From positions 2,046,001-2,110,000 of the forward strand of contig MU008155.1 in assembly GCA_010909165.1 (NCBI GenBank): a DNA stretch of 64,000 nt. Direction: 5' to 3'. Below, piece by piece: positions 11,297-22,074 of the stretch (position 1 is its first letter; every line of letters starts with the position of its first letter). This DNA comes from Anthoceros angustus. Lineage: Eukaryota; Plantae; Anthocerotophyta. The notes beneath the pieces were generated by a model that saw only the letters and a list, made by a program, of their open reading frames with translations, did no database searches and was not told the origin of the DNA. A program made the position numbers and the translations under genes.

Positions 11297-11956
11297 ATGG
11301 CGGAAGAGGAGGTGCAGCCGAGGGATGCAAAGATCGTGAAAACGATTCTCCAGTCCATGGGAGTGGAGCACTACGAGCCGCGAGTGGTGCACCAGTTTCT
11401 GGACTTCTCATACCGGTACGTGCTGGAAGTTCTGGAGGACGCGAACGTGTACGCCGAGCACGCGGGCAAGCCTGCGCTGGACACGGACGACGTGAGGCTC
11501 GCGATTCAGGCCAAGGTTAACGTCTCCTTCTCGCAGCCGCCTGCGCGCGAGGTAATTGCATAGCTACCGCTCCCCGGCATCGCCTACGTCCAGGAGGCAT
11601 GGCATGATGGACAGGCTTCAAGGACATTGACGTTCTCGACTGTCCTGTCCTGCCGTGTCCAGAAACTGATGGAGTTGGCCAAGATGAGGAACAGCGTCCC
11701 GCTGCCGAGAAGCGTCGGGAGCTCCACCCTCGCCTTGCCTCCCGAGGCGGACTCCCTCATCGCCCCCAACTACCAGCTGGCCGTGCCCTCCCGCCCCATC
11801 CTCGACCGCTCGGAGATTCAGCAAGAGCAGGGCAGCAAGAACGGCAGCGATGATCGGGACGGGGATGGGCCCGTGTCCCAGCCAACGCAGCTGCAGCGGA
11901 CGGATCAGGACCGGAAAGTCTCCTTCGCCATCTCCACGAAGAGGCTGAAGTCGTGA
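11297..11956 (+). CDS. TAF9: TFIID subunit 9 (histone-fold), 2 exons (11297-11551, 11663-11956)
   Basis: [34 protein letters not shown]...FSQPPARE | [15 protein letters not shown]...LIAPNYQL. The intron is GT-AG. Confidence 0.95.
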
Positions 11957-12703
11957 TAAAATTCTAGGCACACTTCTAGACACTGTGGCGGGACAGACTT
12001 TAACAACACTACTGGAGGTACACACCTAGGTAGAAGGGAAAATATTAGGTAGTTTAGGTAGGTATTTCAACTTGATTTAGGTGTGCATAGGGACGTAAGT
12101 ACACGCCGAAGGCAATGAAGTTTCAGAGAAAGGCGGTGATTTCGCGCGAGCCTGGACCGTGGTCCGGACCCGGGCTTCGCGACGAATTCCGAACGACATT
12201 TTTTTTTTCCGAGAAAGCGAACGACATCTGAACGGAGCCAGGATCCTTCCTTCACGGAACCCGGAATTTTTTGTAGTGCTGCCTCTTGAACTGAGGGTCG
12301 GTTTTTAACCAGCCGACGCGGTCATAACAGCGACGCGGGCCTCGTCCCAGTCGATGTATGCTTGGTATCTGCTTGGTGTCTTTGTGACACCGATATGTGA
12401 CATTACGCGACTCGTGTTTACCCCCCAAACGATCGTCCCTATTTTCCGGGAAATTCAGGCATTCCGGTTTTCGATTTTTTCTCCGGCAATGTGGTTGACA
12501 TAAAATCTCCAAAAATGGGTAATGGGCAAGCTCGTTGTGGCTTTCATGGATCTTAGCATTGCATCGCTTGAATGATTGAAGGGAAGGCTGAAATCATATT
12601 GTACTAAACAATGAAGAAGGACAAAGCTCTTTGGTTCATACACACTAGGGCAAGATACTGAGTCACTGAGAGTCTAGAATAGTAGTTTCTATTTCTTCTA
12701 ACA

Positions 12704-13525
12704 TCCTCCTCCCCCAATGCTAGTCATGTATAATTTAGTGACTTGATAGTGACTTTCAGAAGATGAAGAAGGGAAGAAGATTTCGAGCGGCATTTAAAAA
12801 CCGTAGTAGCTGTAAAAACCCAGCGGAAAAACCAGCCAAAAGAAAAAAGCCAAACTCAAGAATCTTCAATGTCCTCCTCTTGCTAGACGTGCGCCAATGG
12901 TTGAATATTCAAGACGGATTCGAATTGTTGAAAGGTAGATTCAGGAAGAGCCTCGGTGAGACCTTCCTAAGGATGACCCAACTCCATAGAAAATTGCCCG
13001 CACCTAACTGCTTCTCCTGCTGCATTCATGAGAGAAACATACTCCGCCTCTGTGGATGTTAATGCAACAATGGGTTGAAGCTTAGAGAACCTGACTGCCC
13101 CACCTCCGAGGGTGTAAACATAAACAGAAGTAGACCGCTTGGTGTGATTATCACCCCCCTAGTCAGCATTGGAAAAACCAACAAGTTGAGCATCGGGACA
13201 GGCAACATCAGCATAGCATATTAGGCCATGATCATGCACCAGTCCCCTTTAGGTATTGAAGGATCTGCTTGACCTTATTCCAATGATCCTGTTTAGGGTT
13301 ACTCGCAAACCTGCTCACCAAGCTAATAGCAAAGGCAATCTCTAATCTGGTCCCGACCATGGCATACATCAATTTGCCAACAATCCATTGATACAGCTTG
13401 TAAAAAACATAGCGATCATGGTTACCTTCCTCAAGAGCAGCCAAATAATTGGGAGCAGCTCTAGACTTAGGAGGTTTCATGGGCGTGCTAACTGGCCCAT
13501 GACACCTCCGTGTTGATTGAGCCAC
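12704..13525 (-). mobile_element. Degenerate Copia RT/RNase H fragment with PPT
   Basis: GKLMYAMVGTRLEIAFAISLVSRF..HWNKVKQILQYLKGT, NADWGGD and STEAEY. The minus-strand PPT GGGGGAGGAGGA is followed by TGTTAG at 12703. Confidence 0.85.
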
Positions 13526-15163
13526 AACAGATGTCGCAACCTGTCTTGAATAACCTGCATACCAAGGCAGCAGTGGATCTTGCCAAGAGCCCTAGGTATA
13601 TAAGATATTAAGCCTAGACCTCTTTAAGTTAGTACATTAATATTAATTGTTTATTTAGATTTAAGTCAACTTCATTATCTTAGCCCCAAACTTTGTCTAT
13701 GTAGTCTTTCTCTCCTTCTAGCTATAGAAACTCCTCATCATATGCCATATCCTCCATATCGAATACCCATGCGGATCCTAAGAAAAATCAGTGTTTAGAA
13801 ATAAAATTTAATATTATATGAATAATTCATTATTAAATATTGGTTTGATCTAGCTGTGGCATTCAGGGCACTCACGATACATGTGTTTGGTGTGTCCCCC
13901 ATATTCTTTATATGGCTCATAGCCTGTCCACACCATGTGAATCCTGGTTTTTTGACAAATGTAGCCTTCCGGGACATGGAAACCTCCTTTTTCCCCTGGG
14001 CAGCTTGTGATATAGACAGTGTGGCCTCCTCTTCATCTTCCTCACGTCCGGGCGGAGCCTCCTCAAGCGCAGGTTGATCTAAATCTTGGGCAGGCGATAA
14101 CGCTTCAGGGGCTGCAAGCACCCTAGCGCTGATCCAACTTCAGGCTTCAAGGCCTCAGTGATGGGAGCAGCAATCGCGGCGGATACTAGCACGTGGTAGG
14201 CCTCCCAAAGCGGGTATCAAAACCGCCTGGCCATCTTCACGGGTTCCTCCTATTTATAGGTAAATACATACTTAATATAGAATACCAAGTGAGCGGATGA
14301 CTCTATAGCACATAAGGCGCGCATGCCACTCTTCCACAATACAGCTGTCTACGACTACCCTTATCCTAGTTCCATAATCTCGTAACACCTCCTCACTCCA
14401 GCAGGGGGATAAGGCATCAGCAAGTCCTCCGGACGCGACATCAGCAAGCCTAGGCGGCGTGACTTCTTCTTGCTCTTCCGGCCTACAGATCATCAGACGA
14501 CGCGTTGAGGCTCTCCTCCAACATGCGACGGCATGGTAGACTTGGTGCATGGGCAACTCTGCTCTTCGCCTCTTGTGCCTCAATTCTCTCCTGATAGCCA
14601 TAGCCCTGCTCTTGCTGGCCTTCGTCATAGCTCGATAGTGATGTGTGTAGGTGGAGATGGTGGTTACGGCATATGCTGTGTGTGGGACATCGGATAAGAT
14701 GGAGATTTCTCGAATTTCTTATTTTTGGGAATTTCTCAATTATCTCATTTTAAGTAATTTTTTAATTTATCTTAAGTTATCTTTTTATGCTTTTAAGTTA
14801 TTTTCAGTTAAGGACTAGTTTCTATAGATTAGTCCGTTTTGGCTTGTTTTTATGCCAGAAAACTGCTTATTCTCAACCTCATCTCATAGTGAGTGGGGGT
14901 GATGAAATATTTACCTATTAAGGGCAATATTCGTTAGAGCACCTATAAATCCCTAGAATTAAGTAATATTTAATTCTAGGGCTTTAGGTAGTTATTACTT
15001 TTAGTTAATTGGTTATGTTGGTTGGAACAAACTATAACCACCTATTGTATATGAACACTTGTGTTTTTCTATGATGCGCCTATTGCTAGACACTTTTTGA
15101 GCAAGTGCCTGATTCTCATCAATGACAACTACTCCTCGAACACATCTCCAACAACCATGGACA

Positions 15164-15313
15164 AGATGATTTGCATCATCTCCAAGGAAATTTTATTCTT
15201 CAGATGATTTGCATCATCTCCAAGGAAATTTTATTCTTCAGATGATTTGCATCATCTCCAAGGAAATTTTATTCTTCAGATGATTTGCATTATCTCCAAG
15301 GAAATTTTTTTTC
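15164..15313. repeat. 38-bp tandem repeat, 3 exact copies and 1 variant
   Basis: AGATGATTTGCATCATCTCCAAGGAAATTTTATTCTTC starts at 15164, 15202 and 15240, with a variant copy at 15278. Confidence 0.95.
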
Positions 15314-16673
15314 TGAAGAATAGCAATAGCTCGGTAGGAAGAAAACCAATGTCGACGAAAGGACATGTGTTGAGTCGTATCCTTATCCCACATAGAAAAA
15401 GCAGCAGCAATCAAAATTGCTTTGTCATCCTTGCCCTTATAGTCCTCGCTAATTTGTTCACCTTCACGCATTTCCGCAATATAACTTCAAGATTGTTGAG
15501 CAAGCCGAAGTCAACAAAATCTAGCTATGTGACCAGGTTTGGTGGAGAAGTATTACAGAAATGGTTGCCTTTAATAGGGCTTGCCTTAACCCTAAGCGAT
15601 AGTAGATCTAGTACAAAGAGAATTAGCATTCTTAAGAGCAGTACTAGATGAGGGCCCCTTGTTCCAAGCCCTATTGTTTCGAACAACTAAGGCCTGTTCC
15701 TTGGTCCCGACATTTTGCATTTTGTTCATAATGATCTCATTTACTTGTAACTTTTTGCGAAATTGATTAAGAGTCAGTTCTTTAACATGAACGACATATC
15801 GTACAAACTGAGCCTAGGAGGGAGGTAGATTCATAAGCAAAGTAGCCACTAGAAGGTGTTTGTAGCAAAGTGTTGGGTAATTAATTAGACATGGGTGCAA
15901 CCTAATTAATGCCACTCTGGTGAGAGGCCAAAAAATTCTCCGCTATGGTCACACGCCCCTGAACAGTAGTAGAGCTGAACCCGGAAACTCCAACCTACCC
16001 CACCGACCACTATGGGGCGCCGGAGCAACAACAGTAGATTGCCAATCACCATCTCCGTAGTCCCTACAGCTAGGACCGCCACCTTTCAACTGACATATGT
16101 GCTAACTGAAACTAGAAAATTTTGATTTAGGATGTACAAATATTTTGATATTAATTAAATAAAGGACGTTATTATATATATTTTAATTATTATTAAAAAT
16201 TAAATAATATTTTAAATAAATTAAAAAGACCATATAAAGATCACAAAAAAAATAGAGAGGCCTGGAGCTATGTTCCAAATATAATAGCCCTAAAATAATC
16301 CATTGCTCTTGCAAGATTCCAAAAGGGATGAAATATCAAGACCAGACTCCCTACATAAAGACCTATTTATGTTTGTACATATGTATGTATGTAGATGGTA
16401 CATAGGAAGGCTCCGTTATCCACACGTGCGAGGTGACTTGGGGCGTGAAAGTGACGAAGGGGGAGTCGAGTGCGTATTCGGATAGCATAGCGGTGGTGTT
16501 TCTGCTTCTGCTTCGTCACGAGCCGTTTCCAGAAGCTTGTCTGTTGAGTTCAGTGGCATCGACTCCGTCCGAGATGCAGGCGCTCGCATCCGGCGCATCT
16601 CGTTGTTGCTGCTGCTGCGTTGCGTAAGCTTGCACCAGCTTAGGTGCGGGCGATTCCAGGAGCTCCGGCAGCC

Positions 16674-19275
16674 ATGGCGCAAGCCGCTGCTGCTACCGCC
16701 GCCGCGTGTGGCCAGTCGCCTAGGATTGCTACTGCCTCGTCTGCATCCTCGCCTGCGTCTGCGTCCACGTCGGGAGCCAGGGCGTCGGTGTGCTTCGCGC
16801 CACCCTTTCGGAAGGTGGGATGGCCGGCGGGGCTTGGGAGGAGCAATGGGTTGACGTTGGACAAGAAGCGGGGCGGCGGGAGGCAGGGCCGTTTGTTGCC
16901 GCTGGAGTGCAGCCAGGTTGCAGATTTTTCTGACAGCACTTGCGGCAGCGAGCTGGACGGGATTGTGGATGCCCTCCTCGTTAATTCCTCCATCGTGCCG
17001 GTGATGAAGAGCAAGTATGGGGCGTTTGGGGGAGCCACCCTGGAGAAGGCCAAGTTGGACATTTCGCAGTCCACGGCCAAGTCCCAGCCGCTGGTATGCG
17101 CGTCAGCTTTTGTGTGTGTTCGGTGTTTGGAGTTTCGGCGTGGGTTGCTGCTGATAGTGTGCATTTTGGTTGCAGACGGAGGATGGTGGTGGTGGGGGGG
17201 ATATTGGGAAGAACAATCATCATGGCGGGGAGACGGGGGGGATGATGGCGGGGATGATGATGACTATTTTGGGGAGGCTGACGATGGAGATGAGGGCGAC
17301 GACGGTGGCATCTTCGGCAGGAGGGTTGCTGTTCCCGAGGTGGGTTTTGTGGGTTAGCCAGGGTTTTAGGATTTCTCCATCTGGTTTTTCAGGTGCGGTG
17401 GATTGTTTATGTTTTCCCCTGACCGTTTCTTAAGACGCATTACCTTGGGTGTGTACTGTGGCAATGATACGCCCGTGGGGTGTAGCTTGTCATTTCTCTT
17501 TCGGCTCTTCCTTTGTTGTGGAAGCTTATGCCTGATCGAAGCTTGGGGTTGTGGATGCCAGTTGTTTGATCGGAAGGTGGTGGAGGCAGTGCTTCAAGAA
17601 TGGTTCAGGACAGCCAGTGACATGCCAGCAGGAATTTGTCAAGCTGTGGAGCTGGTTAGTACTCGCTTCAGATTGGGTCTTGCCTTTGAGTGTTCTTTTT
17701 TCAAATCAACCACTGAACTCTGTTCATGGTCGACAGGGTTTGATTAGTTCGGCACAAATGGTCAGGTTTTTGGCCATCAACTCACGGCCCACGCTGGCCA
17801 GGACGGTGTCACGGATCACTCCATCGTCGATATCGAGGGCTTTTATTGGCCGGTGAGCGTGGAACCTAGTGTTTTGGTTTGGGACATGATATGGAATTAT
17901 AAACCGCTTATCACCGCTTGAAGGGTGTCAAGGATCTCAAGCCTTCTTGCATGAGTGTGAAGAGTACAACTGAATGCACCGTGCAAGTACTTGAACTAAA
18001 ATCACTGTGACTCTGGGGTGCAGTTTAATCGCAGATCCATCATTCATGGCCAAATTGGTTCTTGAACAGGCTGCGACTATTGGTTATGGCGTATGGTGGG
18101 AAATCCAGCACCGAGGGGAAAGGTCAGCTACGGAAATTCTTGTGGCTGGCTGATTTTGTTTTCCTTTGTGCTACCTCTATTAAGTAAGGCTTGTATCTGC
18201 ACAACGAATTCTGATTCAAATGTTGTCCACCAGGATAAGGGAGGAATGGGATCTTGCAGCTGCCAATGTTCTCACAATGGCTGTCTGTAACATGGCTATC
18301 TGCTGGACTCTTGCACCCAGCCGGTCATATGGAAACACATTCAAGTATGAATTCCAAAATGCTATCCAGAAGCTGCCAAACAATGTCTTCGATAGAAGCT
18401 ATCCTCTGCGAGAGTTTGATACACAAAAGAGAGTGTACAGCTTCTTCTACAAAGCTGCAGAATTGAGTCTTGTGGGTATGGTGTCTGGAACCGTGGGAGC
18501 TGGTCTTTCAAGGGTAAAAGATGCCGTCTGCAAGCGGACAGAGAAGTAAGCACCTTGCACAAAGTTTATACGAGCTGGGGAGTTGCCATTTTCCTTGGTT
18601 TTGATAATTGAATGCATTTGACATTTGCAGGCCATCTGTCCCAGTGCCATCAGCTAGCACTAGTGCTCTGGCTTACGGAGCCTTTCTGGGACTCTCTGGC
18701 AACCTACGGTACCAACTTGTTTACGGAGCAGAGAGAGCTATGCAACAGAGTTTCAATAGTGTCGGTGTGGTGATCGCCTTCAGCTCACTCTTAAGGTACG
18801 ATAGTGCTGTCGCTGTCCTGTTGGAGGCTCTCGTTGTCCAGCTTCTGTGATTTTCTCACGTTGCTTATCTATCTTACTTTCCAGGCTTCTAAATATCTAT
18901 GTTGGGGATTCATCCCGTGTAAGCTGGCTTTGCATGGATGTTGCTCCTGCTGCACAGCTTGAGGGACAACAAAAGGCTTATCATAGACCATCTCTGGCAG
19001 CAAAATCCTTCGGTGGGTGGGTCATACCCAATGCAGGATTCATCTCAGATCTGTTCGGTGACAAGAAAGAGCAAAACAAGGAGTTGAAGGAAAATACGGC
19101 AACAAGTCAGTTCTCATCAGGTCCAGCTTCCCCAAGTCAAGCATCATCAGGACAACCCTCATCAGGTCCAGCTTCCCCAGGTCAAGCATCATCAGGGCAA
19201 CCGTCATCAGGTCAACCACTGCGGCCACCACAACCTGCTAGGAGGAAGGTCAAGCGGAGAGTGACGACGCGCTGA
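16674..19275 (+). CDS. DUF3411 / RETICULATA-family plastid membrane protein, multi-exon, with an apparent 1-nt frameshift at about 17229
   Basis: KSKYGAFGGATLEKAKLD, a Gly/Asp-rich stretch, LFDRKVVEAVLQEW, SSAQMVRFLAINSRPT, IADPSFMAKLVLEQ, IREEWDLAAANVL, KLPNNVFDRSYPLREFD, YGAFLGLSGNLRYQL. The architecture resembles Arabidopsis At5g24690 as I recall it. Confidence 0.9.
19114..19217 (+). repeat. In-frame 45-bp tandem duplication (SSGPASPSQASSGQP x2 plus a partial copy)
   Basis: Units at 19114-19158 and 19159-19203, partial copy to 19217. Confidence 0.9.
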
Positions 19276-20613
19276 TGCTGCTGGTGACTCACCCCCAACC
19301 TGCTAAAGGATTAACATAACAGGCTGGATGGACTAGTGGTTATGACAGTAAAGGCGTTGAGCTATGGTATGTCTAACTGCAGAGTTTTGTCTCGTGGACA
19401 CCGTGACCGTGCAGGGCTTTTGAACGAGATAGCAGTCTGACCCAGCTCCAGGGATTGTTTCCACGGCCCAGGGTTGGGTGGCAGAGATGTCTAGAGTTGG
19501 CTGTTCAGATGCGAAGGGGGCGTATGGTGTATGGTTCAAGTGGTCTGGATCCCTTTGTAATAGTAGCAATTCATTGCCAGCAGTCAGGTCTTCGGTGTTG
19601 CGGCTGATTGAGCTGTTCTTTTTCATGGCCCAGAAGTGGTAGCTCATAGACGGCTCATCCATTTGCGCTCTACCTTTGAAGATGGATGTCTTCGGCATCC
19701 TCATTCAATCATCGCGCTGAGTTTGTCCCTCTCCCGTCGTTGAGAGTGTAGTCTTGAACTCTCTCGTTTCCATTTAGGTATATTTTATTTATATATATTT
19801 TTAATTTTGATTGAAATTGAACTTCAAGATGGATCGTCCTGGAAGCTCTTATCCATCAGAAAAGGTACCGTACCCCCGAGGGGTGGTCGAACAGGGTAAT
19901 GCCGAAAAATAGTTTTTTGAAAAAATAGGGTTCAACATAAATGTTTGTATGTTTTAACATATAATATATAAAAATAATTTTGTCATATTTTAACATTTAT
20001 TAGAATATATAGGTATTTATATAGAATTAATAGATATGTATAGACCTTCCTTAAACAGGCCCTAATTTTTGACACAAACCCTAATTTCTTTGTTATAGGC
20101 ATCTTAAACGCGTAAACTTTTACATATTGGGCATTTTAAGTGTAGTAATTTCTGGATTTTCAATTTTATTAATTTTAATTGATTAACGCTGAATCATCTT
20201 CGGGGTATAGTACTTTAATTCCCCAATGTGTCATGAATTGTGATGAATAAAGGATGAATAGTCAATCTATTTATCTAAGAACCATGCAGTCGTGAAGTGA
20301 GAGAACTCCTTCCTTCAGGAGTGACACATAGTCAGGGTTCATAGAAACTCCGTAGTGTCCTTGTCATTTTCATAGTGCTGAATTTGAGAGCAACTTGTCG
20401 TCAACTTTTTTCTTTTCAGGCTCCATTTGTTGTAAAGGTCTGGATAGCTGAAAAAGCACACGCTTATGATTGTCTCAAATTTTTCTTTCAATAACCTGAT
20501 TTCAGTATCCGTCAAAGAAGAATGGAGACATTATTAAAAAGAAGAGATGGGAAAACTTGTCTACCCCGAACTGAGGGGGGACAACTCACTAAAGGGCCAA
20601 GAGCCAGGGAGGG

Positions 20614-21404
20614 CTAGCCCCCACGAATGCCAACCCCAAAGCTATGTACCACGGTGACCCCGATTATGTCATGGTCCGAGATGAGGAAAGGCCTCCCTAC
20701 AACTGGTGCTGATGATGCCACGTCTCCTGCGCTCGTTGCCGTCCCGTAAATAGTCTTGTCCAGCGTCCTTTGCAAGGCGATGGATACCCGCTGTCGAAAG
20801 AAAGCTACCACCGAGAAAAGAGGGAGACCCACCCCGTTGCAATGACTTTGGTAGGCTTTAGCACAATCCTTAATGAGCAAGGAAAAATCCTTGCCCATAG
20901 CCCTGTGAGTCTCAATGGCAAGGGGGATGAAGGCGTGGCTGTCCTACCAAGGTGTGTACTTGTGTAGCTTGGCAGTTGCGCATCCCTCCGTCGCCCAGCC
21001 TAGAGGGTTGATAATGACATGCTCACAAATGGAGTTCCAGGTAGGGTCCGATACGACAACATCCGCAATAGATATTTGGTCCCCCAGATCAGAAATAGAT
21101 CCGCCTTGAGTGACACCCCATTGCACAGGGTATATGGACGCTCCCCGTATGGAAAATAACCACTCTCCTTGGCCATCGGGAACATTAACTCGCGAACAGC
21201 GTCATGCGTAGCAATACTTTACCCTCCAATTGGACAGCGAGCTAGATGGGACCCTGAGTCGTCGAGGGGGGCCCCACAGCTGCAGGCTGAGAGAGAACAG
21301 GCCAGAGGCTGGACCAAACCCAGGTAGAACCTCATCGTAGTAGAAATCCCCATAGCATTAAGTTGTCCTGTGGGTACGGTTAAGGGTAGGGGTTTCTTTT
21401 GCAT
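20614..21404 (-). mobile_element. Degenerate 3' fragment of an RLE-type (restriction-like endonuclease) non-LTR retrotransposon
   Basis: Across frameshifts: MRFYLGL, CSCGAPLDDSGSHLARCPIGG (CCHC knuckle), THDAVRE, KADL, ADVVVSDP, AKLHKY, FRQRVSIALQR. Confidence 0.7.
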
Positions 21405-22074
21405 TTCTTAGAATCCAAGCCAGCCATGAATGCCTAAGCATGAGAGTCTGGGCATTTAGGACACTGTGTGCCTGTTAGAGGGAAGTGAGGACTTTCACAA
21501 GATGCGAGATAGTTACAATTAGTTACACGTATGTAAGGAGGCCATACTATAAAGACAATATTCTATTCTACACTCGGGGAGAGTCGTACAACCACAAACT
21601 AGGAGCCTGTGTTCAAATGACCTGTCTGGGCCATTAGGCCATCCTCTAGGCGTTGGAGCCAGTACTCTCTTGGTGCATTTGTATTGAAGCATTGTTTCCT
21701 ACGAAGCGTCGACACTAAAGAACGGTTTGTCATTGCTTTCCTCGAAACCCGCCAGACTTCCTAGTTCCTCGCCAGCGACCACAGTTGCCCATGGTATAGA
21801 TATACATGCGCCTCCTTGTTGGTGCTATTGACGTGCATCTGCATGACCATCCCTGTGGTTCCACCCCTTCACATTTGCCATAGGTGTTTTTGCCATAATC
21901 AAGTGACGTAAGGGACGTATACGTTTACATCGCATGTTCAAGTCAAGAGCAGACTTAACAGTACCTTAGACACATACCTATTATTGAAGTGTGCTGCGAT
22001 AAATTAAAAAACGCAGCACACGCTGCTTATTGCGTAATAAAATGAGTTCAGTTCTTTGGGCCGAAAAAAAGGCT

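Noticed and set aside
12130-12350. GC-rich hairpins as a Helitron end or structured ncRNA
   Set aside because: The stems are imperfect, with no properly placed CTRR terminus and no known RNA motif.
13795-14628. Minus-strand ORFs 13795-14121 and 14272-14628 as host genes
   Set aside because: No recognisable domain, and they are flanked by AT-rich transposon-like DNA. They are probably an unclassified element relic.
19333-19704. 123-aa minus-strand ORF
   Set aside because: It overlaps the likely 3' UTR of the DUF3411 gene and has no motifs.
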